Source: an uncultured virus (IMG/VR IMGVR_UViG_3300013132_000024) (lineage: Duplodnaviria > Heunggongvirae > Uroviricota > Caudoviricetes). From it: a stretch of 64,000 bases of DNA. The position numbers were made by a program, and so were the translations under genes. Shown here piece after piece: positions 36,421 to 45,430 of the stretch (positions are counted from its first letter, which is position 1; every line of letters begins with the position of its first letter). Under the pieces are notes generated by a model. That model saw only the letters and a program-made list of their open reading frames with translations. It searched no databases and had not been told where the DNA came from. The stretch is from IMG/VR virus record IMGVR_UViG_3300013132_000024. The stretch is one strand, 5' to 3'.

Positions 36421-37365
36421 TTTATATTCTTTACTAAATTCTGATGAAACCATATTAATGAATTTGTTTATTTTAATAGATTCATTTAATATACTGTTTT
36501 TGTATATGTCTAAAAATTCTTTATGTATCTTTATATATTGATTTAGAATTACATTGACTTCGCTATAACAAGCAGGATTATCTAGAACCCATTCAGGCCT
36601 AGATACTGATTTTATTGGCGATATTAATGAATTATATTCATCTCTAATAGCTTTCTTAACTTCAATATAAGATATATCAGGGTTTGTTTGTAATAATCTT
36701 GCGTTAATATAACATTGTTTGATGTGTAATTTTGGAAATTGTTTATCTGTAAAAAATAGTGTGTTTTTATAATAATTAGATGGATTAAATTTTTGTCTTA
36801 CATTAAATTTTGCATAATATCCATCTTTCTTTTTAATTACCCAAGGATCTGTTTCTCCATATAAATGACAAGTTTTTCCTTTTCTATTCATAGAAATAGT
36901 AATGTTATTTTTTTCAAAAAATTCTACATTAAATCTAGCACAAGAATGAAGTAATCCTGTAAAATTTGGAGTGTCAGATAATATCTTATCGTTTCTTAAT
37001 ATATTCAATATATCTATTATAGATAATTCTATCCTGTTAAATACTCCACAAAAATTGTTATTAATAAGGTCTAATCTAGCTTTAATTCCTGATACACAAG
37101 GATAATTTATACCATTAAAAGAAACTGTTATAATTTCGTCTAATGGAATTTTATTTCTTAAAAAAGAATTTAAAACAGTAGTAGAATCACTACCACCAGA
37201 ATGATATAGAATAATATAATCGTAAGAATCTCTTAATTGTTGTGCTCGAAGTTTACATAATTCTTGAAAAGATTCGATTGGTTCTTTAGACCAATCGAAT
37301 TTATCGTAATTAAAATTTTCTTGAATATATTCAAAATTTATATTATGGCGTGTTAGCTGAGACAT
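36400..37365 (-). CDS. PP-loop (adenine nucleotide alpha-hydrolase-like) protein
   Basis: LRAQQLRDSYDYIILYHSGGSDS (SGGxDS). Confidence 0.6.
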   Translation of the reverse strand: MSQLTRHNINFEYIQENFNYDKFDWSKEPIESFQELCKLRAQQLRDSYDYIILYHSGGSDSTTVLNSFLRNKIPLDEIITVSFNGINYPCVSGIKARLDLINNNFCGVFNRIELSIIDILNILRNDKILSDTPNFTGLLHSCARFNVEFFEKNNITISMNRKGKTCHLYGETDPWVIKKKDGYYAKFNVRQKFNPSNYYKNTLFFTDKQFPKLHIKQCYINARLLQTNPDISYIEVKKAIRDEYNSLISPIKSVSRPEWVLDNPACYSEVNVILNQYIKIHKEFLDIYKNSILNESIKINKFINMVSSEFSKEYKLLELGS

Positions 37366-37783
37366 CTAATTTATTTGTTTCTTCAATTATTTCTACATAC
37401 TCAACCGTATTAGCAGTTACTTGATCTTTTGGAGTTTTTAAAAATATTTCTATTTCGGTTGCATCTTTCTTAAATGTTCTTTTAACTAAAGTAGATAATA
37501 TATTAAGTTCTTCGTTTATAGTTTTGTTTTGTATTTTTTCCATTCTTTCTAATGCAGCTTTAGGCGCATAAGTTAATAAATATTTATGATATTTTCTTTC
37601 TGTTGGCAACGCAGGTATTGGAATGTTTATAGAAACATCGCTACGGCATCGTAGTGGTCTGCCATCTTTATCTTTTTTATTATCAGAAGCTAATAATTCT
37701 TCTGTTAATTCGTCAGTCCAATATCTTACGGTCATAGTTCCATTATCTGGATATATATCTAATATTCTATAATATATATTCAT
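37343..37783 (-). CDS. Hypothetical protein (possible adhesin/fibre chaperone)
   Basis: GAGGA RBS; directly downstream of the adhesin genes. Confidence 0.55.
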   Translation of the reverse strand: MNIYYRILDIYPDNGTMTVRYWTDELTEELLASDNKKDKDGRPLRCRSDVSINIPIPALPTERKYHKYLLTYAPKAALERMEKIQNKTINEELNILSTLVKRTFKKDATEIEIFLKTPKDQVTANTVEYVEIIEETNKLDVSANTP

Positions 37784-37793
37784 TCTTTCCTCT

Positions 37794-38258
37794 TTAACTT
37801 GTTGGTCCTGTTATTGTTCCAGTATTAACCCATCTAATATTTGAATATCCTAAAACTGCTAATCCTTGTGGTCCATTAGAACCAGATCCTCCAGGAGTAC
37901 CAGTAGAGCCGGTTGGTCCTGTTGGACCAGAAGAACCAGCAGGGCCAATTGAACCAGCAGGTCCAGTTGAGCCAGCAGGCCCAGTTGAGCCTGTAGGACC
38001 AGTTGAACCTGCTATACCTCCGCTTCCTGCTCCGAATCCAACATTTACACCAGGTGATCCTGCTGATCCTAAATTTCCGCCGCTGCCACCTCTGCCGCCT
38101 GGATAAGTACCAGCACCAGCACCACCAGTACCACCTGTTGTAGATGTTCCTGGACTTCCTATGTCAGCACCACCACTGGCAGATCCTCCAGTACCAACAG
38201 GAGAACCTGCACCGCCGCCACCTCCTCCTCCATAACCTGGATTAGCTGGACTACCCAT
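37794..38258 (-). CDS. gp38-like polyglycine adhesin, C-terminal part
   Basis: GGGGGGGAG; (G-S-T-G-P-A)n; C-terminus LAVLGYSNIRWVNTGTITG resembles the T-even gp38 end. Confidence 0.65.
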   Translation of the reverse strand: MGSPANPGYGGGGGGGAGSPVGTGGSASGGADIGSPGTSTTGGTGGAGAGTYPGGRGGSGGNLGSAGSPGVNVGFGAGSGGIAGSTGPTGSTGPAGSTGPAGSIGPAGSSGPTGPTGSTGTPGGSGSNGPQGLAVLGYSNIRWVNTGTITGPTS

Positions 38259-38282
38259 TAAATTTCCTTTCTTTTATTTTTA

Positions 38283-39089
38283 TTATCCTACTGGCCCACC
38301 ACTGCCACCTCCTCCGCCGCCTCCGCCTCCAGAACCTCCTGGGCCTCCTGGACCTCCTGGACCAGCAGGGCCTCCTGGACCTCCGGGACCTCCTGGACCT
38401 CCTGGGCCTCCTGGGCCTCCTAAACCTCCTGGACCTCCAATAATAGAACCATCATTATTAAATACAACTACTAATCCAGTAACAATTGGTACTTGTAAAG
38501 CTGTTGATCCGGTAGCCCCCGTTCCGCCAGTTCCTCCAGTACCACCAGTTCCTCCAGTATCACCAGGGCCTCCAGTTCCACCAGGCCCTCCTATACCACC
38601 AGGGCCTCCAGTTCCACCAGGCCCTCCAGTACCTCCAGTACCCCCTTGTCCGCCTGTACTTCCAGAAGTACCACTACCTACAACATAACCTCCTGGACCA
38701 CCAGCACCACCAGAACCACTAGATCCTTTAGAACCAGGCGATCCGGTAGAACCAGGCGATCCGGTAGAACCAGGCGATCCAGTAGAACCAGGCGATCCGG
38801 TAGAACCTGTAGAACCTGTAGATCCAGTAGCTCCCGTAGTTCCTGTATTTCCTGTTAATCCAGATATAGTAGCATTATTATCTATGTATATATAAGTTCC
38901 TGCTTTCCATTGATCGCTTACTTGAAACGCTGTATTTCCTGCGACATTTGAATTAACATTAGCATTAACAATACAAATTACATTAAGAGGATAAGAAGGC
39001 GAAGAAGAATCTACAAATAAATTGTAATTATTTACTTGTGCGTTTATTTGTACGATTTTAGTTGGTCTAGGTAATATGCTTAAAAACAT
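38283..39089 (-). CDS. gp38-like polyglycine adhesin, N-terminal part with Gly-X-Y repeats
   Basis: IYIDNNATISG, VFNNDGSIIGG, GGGGGGGGG; (GST/GSP)n, (GGT/GGP)n. Confidence 0.65.
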   Translation of the reverse strand: MFLSILPRPTKIVQINAQVNNYNLFVDSSSPSYPLNVICIVNANVNSNVAGNTAFQVSDQWKAGTYIYIDNNATISGLTGNTGTTGATGSTGSTGSTGSPGSTGSPGSTGSPGSTGSPGSKGSSGSGGAGGPGGYVVGSGTSGSTGGQGGTGGTGGPGGTGGPGGIGGPGGTGGPGDTGGTGGTGGTGGTGATGSTALQVPIVTGLVVVFNNDGSIIGGPGGLGGPGGPGGPGGPGGPGGPAGPGGPGGPGGSGGGGGGGGGSGGPVG

Positions 39090-40054
39090 TATCTTACATC
39101 CGGTATAAATGTTCCATATAAATTAGTACCATCACAAACAAACGAAAATATATCTCGAGTATTAGCAGCAGTTGATAATGTAGGAGCAACACCAGCAGAC
39201 CATTTAAATACAGAATTCCATGTTGTTATTGTTTTATTACCTGCTCCATCTTGTATTACATTTAATATATATGTTCCAATTTTCATATTTGTTGGAGCGG
39301 CCATTGTTCTACCAGTACCTGAAATAGTTAAAAATCCTATTCTTCCACCAGATAAATCCCAATTAATAGTAGCAGCATCAGTTAATGTTTGAGAAACAAC
39401 ATTAGCTGCCGCATCACTAACTGATCCGGTAATATATACTCCCACACCGTTAGCTTTTAATCTTTCTGTAATACCATTATAAGAAAGTACAAGGTTATTT
39501 CCTGCTAAATATAAATCTTTATTAGAGACACCAAGAGTAGCATCCATTGCTTGAATAAACGCAGCACCATCACCACTAGACTGATATATTCTTATACCTG
39601 CATTAGAACCTTGTATACCAACATATTTTGTGCCGCTTCCTAAATCAAATTGTGCTCTCATAGTAGAAGATGGTGATGTATTATCACCAACAACGAAACA
39701 ATTAGCTAATAAAGCTGTATTTGTTGTTTTGTTAAATATAAATCCGTTAGAAGCACCTGATGTACCTGAATCGTTAAAAAGAATGTTGGTATTACTACCA
39801 GGAATTGAAGAAGATATAGTATTCCAATATAATGCGGTACCATTAGAAGCTAATACTTGTCCTGCAGAACCCATTATACCATTAGCTATTAATCCTGATA
39901 TTATGGTTAAATTACCTGAAACATATACTGGGCCTTGTACAGTTAATTTATGTACTGGTGCTGTATTACCTATACCAACATTAGCTCCTGATGTTATAAT
40001 TACATCATTAGCTACTGTTAGTCCTTTTCTTACTTCAAAATTTTTATCTGCCAT
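39089..40054 (-). CDS. Tail fibre protein
   Basis: MADKNFEVRKGL, NVGIGNTAP, GQVLASNG; C-terminal domain shared with 40078..41055. Confidence 0.75.
   Translation of the reverse strand: MADKNFEVRKGLTVANDVIITSGANVGIGNTAPVHKLTVQGPVYVSGNLTIISGLIANGIMGSAGQVLASNGTALYWNTISSSIPGSNTNILFNDSGTSGASNGFIFNKTTNTALLANCFVVGDNTSPSSTMRAQFDLGSGTKYVGIQGSNAGIRIYQSSGDGAAFIQAMDATLGVSNKDLYLAGNNLVLSYNGITERLKANGVGVYITGSVSDAAANVVSQTLTDAATINWDLSGGRIGFLTISGTGRTMAAPTNMKIGTYILNVIQDGAGNKTITTWNSVFKWSAGVAPTLSTAANTRDIFSFVCDGTNLYGTFIPDVR
39186..39255. repeat. 70-bp near-identical repeat, copy 1 (copy 2 at 40175..40244)
   Basis: gcaacaccagcagaccatttaaatacagaattccatgttgttattgtt(t/c)tattacctgctccatcttgta; 1 mismatch. Confidence 0.85.
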
Positions 40055-40077
40055 TTTTCATTCTCCAAATGGGATTA

Positions 40078-41055
40078 TTATTTTACGTCAGGTAGAAAAG
40101 ATCCATATAAATTAGTACCATCAGAAAAGAATGATACAATATCTCTAGAACTAGCAGCTGTAGATAATACTGGTGCAACACCAGCAGACCATTTAAATAC
40201 AGAATTCCATGTTGTTATTGTTCTATTACCTGCTCCATCTTGTAATATATTTAGTATATATGTTCCTACTTTTAAATTCGTCGGCGCAGCCATTGTTCTA
40301 CCAGCATCAGTTAGTGTAACTGTTGCTATTTGTCCTAACGAAGTATCCCAATTAATTGTAGCCGCGTCTGTTAATGTTTGAGATAATGCATTAGCACCAG
40401 AAGTAGAATAGACCCCATTAATATTTAATCTGGTCGTAACTGTTATAGAATTAGAAGTATTATCATAAGTTAACCCTGAAGCACCTCCAGTAACACCAGA
40501 ATTATTATATTGAAATTCTGTATTTGATCCCGCAGGAGCAGCTACTGCAGTTGGTGTTCCCCAATATATTGCTGATCCGTTCGTTAATAATGATTGATTA
40601 GCAGTACCAAACCCTCCGTTAGCACTTAATCCTGCCCCAGATAATATTACAACATTACCTTGAAAATATGATGTGCCGTTAACTGATAATTTATGTGCAG
40701 GAGCATTATTACCAATACCAACATTACCAGAAGGATCTGAAACTACTCTTATATTTCCTGCACCATCTGATAATACTATATAACCGCTTCCTGTATTAGA
40801 TATAGGAGCCCCATTACCATTATATCCACCAATTACAACATTATTAGACCCAGTAATATATCTTCCTGCTTGATATCCTAATGCTACATTGTTTCCTGCT
40901 GTTGTACAATTAAATAATGCTTCTGTTCCTACAGCAACATTTCTTACACCAGTAGTTGTAGAATTAAGAGCAGAAGCACCTACAGCAATATTAGTGTTAG
41001 AAGCACTAGCTCCATCATAATCTAGAACTCTTACTCCTTGTATTTTTATTGCCAT
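40078..41055 (-). CDS. Tail fibre protein
   Basis: N.AVG..AL repeats, GNVGIGNNAP, QTLTDAATINWD C-terminal domain. Confidence 0.75.
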   Translation of the reverse strand: MAIKIQGVRVLDYDGASASNTNIAVGASALNSTTTGVRNVAVGTEALFNCTTAGNNVALGYQAGRYITGSNNVVIGGYNGNGAPISNTGSGYIVLSDGAGNIRVVSDPSGNVGIGNNAPAHKLSVNGTSYFQGNVVILSGAGLSANGGFGTANQSLLTNGSAIYWGTPTAVAAPAGSNTEFQYNNSGVTGGASGLTYDNTSNSITVTTRLNINGVYSTSGANALSQTLTDAATINWDTSLGQIATVTLTDAGRTMAAPTNLKVGTYILNILQDGAGNRTITTWNSVFKWSAGVAPVLSTAASSRDIVSFFSDGTNLYGSFLPDVK

Positions 41056-41058
41056 ATA

Positions 41059-41721
41059 TTATCTCGTAGGTTTTATTATTTTAATCCAATTATAAAAATC
41101 GCCTTGCCATTTTTTAACACCAATATGTCCACAATTAATTGTGGGATCTATGTATATCTTTATACCCAAATTCGCTAATTTATTACAAAAAACTATATCT
41201 TCTGAATACAACATATTATCTTCTACAAGAACTTCAAAAATAGCTTTTGATTTTCCTCTATTATTTGGTTCTTCGTATTCTTTGTATTCTTTTTCCCACA
41301 TAAGTTCAATAATATCTTTTCTAATGCGCAAAAATCCTGTACCAATACCATCAACTTCTGCTAAACCATTTTCTAAAACTTTAAAATCGCCAAGAAGTCG
41401 TACATTATATTGTTCTATATCAGATTTTTTACATACAGGAGCGCCTACTACAGAAACATTATGTTCTAGTAATTTGAAAAAATCATTAGAATTCCAATCT
41501 TGATCAACATCTATAAAAACTAGATCATCTACTTTTGCTTCATAGGCTAATTTAAAAATATCATTACGAGCACGTTGAATCATAGCATCATAAGACATAT
41601 AAATTGGGAAAATATTAATATCTTTAGTTAATCCTATTTTACATGTTTCTACCAAAGCCGAAACATGCCAAGCTTCTACTTTGCCATCATAGCAAGGAGA
41701 ACCAATCATTACATTTTTCAT
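41059..41721 (-). CDS. GT-A-like glycosyltransferase-family protein (paralog of 3186..4031)
   Basis: GSPCYDG, IQRARN, LVFIDVD, GTGFLRI, SEDIVFC, GHIG. Confidence 0.7.
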   Translation of the reverse strand: MKNVMIGSPCYDGKVEAWHVSALVETCKIGLTKDINIFPIYMSYDAMIQRARNDIFKLAYEAKVDDLVFIDVDQDWNSNDFFKLLEHNVSVVGAPVCKKSDIEQYNVRLLGDFKVLENGLAEVDGIGTGFLRIRKDIIELMWEKEYKEYEEPNNRGKSKAIFEVLVEDNMLYSEDIVFCNKLANLGIKIYIDPTINCGHIGVKKWQGDFYNWIKIIKPTR

Positions 41722-41723
41722 AG

Positions 41724-42050
41724 TTATTGTCTTTGTTTCAAAATATTAACAGAAAAAGAATCTAATTTTTCTTCAGTTGGTTCAGTATTATGTGCATCAT
41801 AATGTGCATCAAATATAACATCCATATTCGGAGGCATAAAATTTATTAATTCTTCTTTTGTAAATTTATCTGGTGTTTTATCAAGATATTCTACTTCTTC
41901 TGTATGCGAATATGCACGAGACCATGTTGTATTATTAGGTCTTGTATAGGTATACAAAACTTCTATATCCCAACGAACTGTTATTCCGTCTGCTATTTTT
42001 ACTGTTGGTTTAGCTAATTTAAGTGTTTTCACCGTTTCATATTTTGCCAT
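41724..42050 (-). CDS. Hypothetical protein (possible fibre assembly factor)
   Basis: GGAGG RBS; follows the fibre gene. Confidence 0.55.
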   Translation of the reverse strand: MAKYETVKTLKLAKPTVKIADGITVRWDIEVLYTYTRPNNTTWSRAYSHTEEVEYLDKTPDKFTKEELINFMPPNMDVIFDAHYDAHNTEPTEEKLDSFSVNILKQRQ

Positions 42051-43347
42051 CTTCGACCTCCTTTAGGATTACTAGGCTGTTTAAATGATTATTTATATAA
42101 TCTATTTGTAATTGTTGTGATTTTATACAATCTATCAATAATGCTATTAATTGTATAGAAGATATAGTTTTTAAATCTCCCTTTTTATGCACAATATCAG
42201 GGATAATTTGCTCTACTTGTTGTGCTATTAATCCATAATTTATTCCTTCGTTATTTTTAAAATTAAAAGATACTGGACATAATTGTTTAATTATATCTAT
42301 AGAATTTGATAATGTTTCTATATTTTCTTTAACATTAATATCAGAAATATTATCAAAATGAGTAGCAGATATAGTATTAGCTACAGATAAATTATTAGAA
42401 GTAGATGTAAAAGTAAACCCTGCACTACCACCAAATACTCCAGAATTGTTAAATTGTACTTGTGTATTTGATCCTCCTGGTGTTACAATTAAAGGAGTAG
42501 ACCAATAAGTAGAAGATCCATTTGATGTCAATACTTGAGTTGCTGATCCAAAAGAACCATTAGCCATAAGGCCTGAAATAACTAAATTGGCTGTTACAGT
42601 TAATGTTGTACCAGTAAAATTAATGTTTGAACCAGAAAAACTTAAATTGCCAGATAATACTCTAGAATCTGTATTTTGTACGTAAGAATTTCCTTGAATT
42701 CCTTCTAAATATGCAGAATTATTGGCTGTTAATGCGTTATTAACATTTAATGCTGATTCAGCTTTACCGTTTAAGAATGACGAATTATTGGCTGTTAATG
42801 CGTTATTAACATTTAATGCTGATTCAGCTTTACCGTTCAAGAACGATGAATTATTAGCAGTTAGAGCACTATTAACATTTAATGCTGATTCAGCTTTACC
42901 GTTTAAGAATGATGAATTATTAGCTGTTAATGTAGCAATATAACCTGAATTTACAAAGATACCTGTAGAATTTACTACTAATCCTGTATTAGGAACTAAT
43001 TCTATGGTACCAGTAGTTGTTATAGGACCACCAGAAAGACCATTTCCAGTTAATATTTCTGATACACCACCTACACCATTACCCGAAACTACTACCCAAG
43101 AACCATTTGCGTTTAAATAATATGATCCATTATTAACTTGTGCTAAAGTAGGAGATTTCAGAGTAAAAGATAATGTAGTATTTGAGATAGTTAAAGATGT
43201 AGTATTTACAACAACATTGTACGAGTAATCAGCATTGGCAATACCAATAGTATCAATATTGACTACAGAGCCAATATTATCATATTTGTATGTATAAAAT
43301 ATTCCATCTACAATAAATGTATAATTGGTATTTGCTGGTATACTCAT
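42037..43347 (-). CDS. Tail fibre with a C-terminal intramolecular chaperone (peptidase S74)
   Basis: SDINVKENI...PVSF...GLIAQQVEQIIP...LLIDCIK. Confidence 0.85.
   Translation of the reverse strand: MSIPANTNYTFIVDGIFYTYKYDNIGSVVNIDTIGIANADYSYNVVVNTTSLTISNTTLSFTLKSPTLAQVNNGSYYLNANGSWVVVSGNGVGGVSEILTGNGLSGGPITTTGTIELVPNTGLVVNSTGIFVNSGYIATLTANNSSFLNGKAESALNVNSALTANNSSFLNGKAESALNVNNALTANNSSFLNGKAESALNVNNALTANNSAYLEGIQGNSYVQNTDSRVLSGNLSFSGSNINFTGTTLTVTANLVISGLMANGSFGSATQVLTSNGSSTYWSTPLIVTPGGSNTQVQFNNSGVFGGSAGFTFTSTSNNLSVANTISATHFDNISDINVKENIETLSNSIDIIKQLCPVSFNFKNNEGINYGLIAQQVEQIIPDIVHKKGDLKTISSIQLIALLIDCIKSQQLQIDYINNHLNSLVILKEVEDGKI
42716..42930. repeat. 66-bp (22-aa) tandem repeat, about 3.3 copies
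   Basis: LTANNSSFLNGKAESALNVN(S/N)A x3; attggctgtt at 42721 and 42787. Confidence 0.9.
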
Positions 43348-43414
43348 TAGGTTCTTTTTAGTTTGGTTTTAACATAATTAATTATGTTTTTTACAGTTAC
43401 AGTTACTCTAACCA

Positions 43415-43741
43415 TTATCTAGTAACTCTTGGCGTAACTGTAACTACTCCTTCTAATACCCTAGTAACAATACCAGAATTAGCAGAAATTTTTACGTCAT
43501 ATACATATCTGCCAGCTACAATATTAGCAGTTTGTGCTGCTGTTAATGTTAATGTGATTTTATTATTAGCATCTATACCTGCCGAAAATGCTACATTAGT
43601 ATTAGAACTATAATGTTTTCTTAATTGAGCATTTGCTGTATGGCCAGTCAAATCTATTATATTACCATTAGCATCTGCTACATCTAATTCTACAACATAA
43701 TCTGCTCCTTGATCTATTATCAAGTTAGATTTAATTGCCAT
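43415..43741 (-). CDS. Virion structural protein (Ig-like/BppU-N-like)
   Basis: NLIIDQGAD, DLTG.TA.AQLRK, GRYVYDV, RVLEG.VTVTP.VTR. Confidence 0.75.
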   Translation of the reverse strand: MAIKSNLIIDQGADYVVELDVADANGNIIDLTGHTANAQLRKHYSSNTNVAFSAGIDANNKITLTLTAAQTANIVAGRYVYDVKISANSGIVTRVLEGVVTVTPRVTR

Positions 43742-45081
43742 CTTTTTTACCTCTTAATCTTTCAATTATACGATATGATCCGGTTATATCTTTTGGTGTT
43801 TTTATATTTATTTGTATTACATTATTAGCTGTATATGCGGTTGATATTTTCTCAATATTTAAATATCTTCCTACTTTGCTTATTAATCCTATAACACCTA
43901 TATTCGCAGATGTATTCGCAGATATAATAACAGATGTTTCTATCTCTTTATCGAAAGGTCCTATAGAAGATATGGTATTAGCTGAAACTAATATATCCCC
44001 CTAATATTGTTCTAGATATATTATCTAATGTAATATTAGTAGAACCAGATACTAATATATCGCCATCTATAGTTTTTGTAAATTCACCAATTGATTTATT
44101 TAATGTTAATGATATTTCTGGATCGCTTATAGATCCTTCTATAGATTCCGTAAATATTCCTATTGATTTATTAACAGCACCCGATACAGATACTATACCA
44201 TCTATAGATTCAGTAAATTCGCCGATTGATTTATTAACAGAACTAGATACTAATACGTCACCATCTATAGATTCAGTAAATGTACCGATTGATTTATTAA
44301 CAGAACTAGATACTAATACGTCACCATCTATAGATTCAGTAAATGTACCAATTGATTTGTTTGTTGATGCTGATATAGCAGGGTCATTTATAGATCCTTC
44401 TATAGATTCAGTAAATATTCCTATTGATTTATTAATAGTTCCTGATATTAATACATCACCATCAATTGACTCAGTAAATTCACCGATTGATTTATTAACA
44501 AAACCAGATACTAATATTGTACCATCGATTGATTCGGTAAACTCACCAATTGATTTGGATGTTGATGCTGAAATTGATACATCACCATCTATAGACTCAG
44601 TAAATGTGCCAATTGATTTATTAACAGATCCAGATATTGATACATCACCATCAATAGATTCAACAAATTCACCGATTGATTTATTAAGAGAACCAGATAC
44701 TAATACGTCACCATCAATAGTTTCAGCAAACGTTCCTATTGATTTGGATGTTGATGCTAAAACTAATACATCACCATCAATAGATTCTGAAAACTCGCCA
44801 ATTGATTTATTAAGAGAACCAGATACTGCAGGATCAGTAATAGTACCTTCTATTGATTCAGTAAATGTACCTATTGATTTTGATGTAGATGCTGAAATTA
44901 ATACAGTACCATTAATAGATTCAGTAAATGTACCTATTGATTTGGATGTAGATGCAGATACAGATACAGTACCTGTTATAGAAGAATTAAAATTACCAAT
45001 TGATTTACTAAGAGTTCCGTTAGAAGAAGTATCGCCTTGTAATTGAGCAGTACTTTCTAATAACGGCTGAAATGGCCACAT
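43731..45081 (-). CDS. 21-aa repeat fibre-like protein, frameshifted at a G5 run (43997-44001)
   Basis: 15 KSIG.F repeats; removing one G restores LGDILVSANTISSIGPF..., open to TAA 43731-33. Confidence 0.7.
44050..45010. repeat. 63-bp tandem repeat array (15 copies; three 72-bp variants)
   Basis: NKSIGTFTESIDGDVLVSSSV unit; ccgattgat at 44222 and 44285. Confidence 0.88.
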
Positions 45082-45082
45082 T

Positions 45083-45430
45083 TTACGCTACTTTTCTAAT
45101 TGACCAATCTATAGATCTATCTGTACCAGTTATTTTTTTAATGGTCATATCCCAACCATGTAATAATATTAAAGAAGGAGACGCCCAAATAGGTCCTGAT
45201 TGAGATCCCGCTATTCTGGCAGAATATACTGCTCGTTGTGTTCCTGAAGATATTACTTTCTCATATACTTTATATTCAAAAACATCACTACCAGCGGAAT
45301 TATTAAAATCTATAAATGCTTGATATACCCCATCATTAGTATCAGTATCTGGTCCTGCTGTATTGGTTGTTAAAGACCATTCAGTAGTATTAGCAGTTAT
45401 TGTTCCTGAATATGCTTCTGAAATTGCCAA
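45083..45430 (-). CDS. Hypothetical structural protein
   Basis: Beta-rich ORF; TTG start in TAATTG (possibly TAATG with an extra T). Confidence 0.65.
   Translation of the reverse strand: MAISEAYSGTITANTTEWSLTTNTAGPDTDTNDGVYQAFIDFNNSAGSDVFEYKVYEKVISSGTQRAVYSARIAGSQSGPIWASPSLILLHGWDMTIKKITGTDRSIDWSIRKVA

Noticed and set aside
38259..38285. Stop-codon readthrough or alternative genetic code joining the adhesin halves
   Set aside because: There are three TAA codons plus an RBS, and all core genes translate intact with code 11.
39186..40244. Diversity-generating retroelement TR/VR pair
   Set aside because: Both copies are coding with a single mismatch, and no reverse transcriptase is present in the window.
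44050..45010. CRISPR array
   Set aside because: The repeats are contiguous, in-frame coding units varying at codon level, with no unique spacers.
44357..45046. 229-aa + strand ORF, and other + strand track ORFs overlapping core genes (e.g. 14302..14634, 39630..40115, 41141..41503, 55816..56184)
   Set aside because: These are antisense shadows of well-supported minus-strand genes, with no RBS or motifs.
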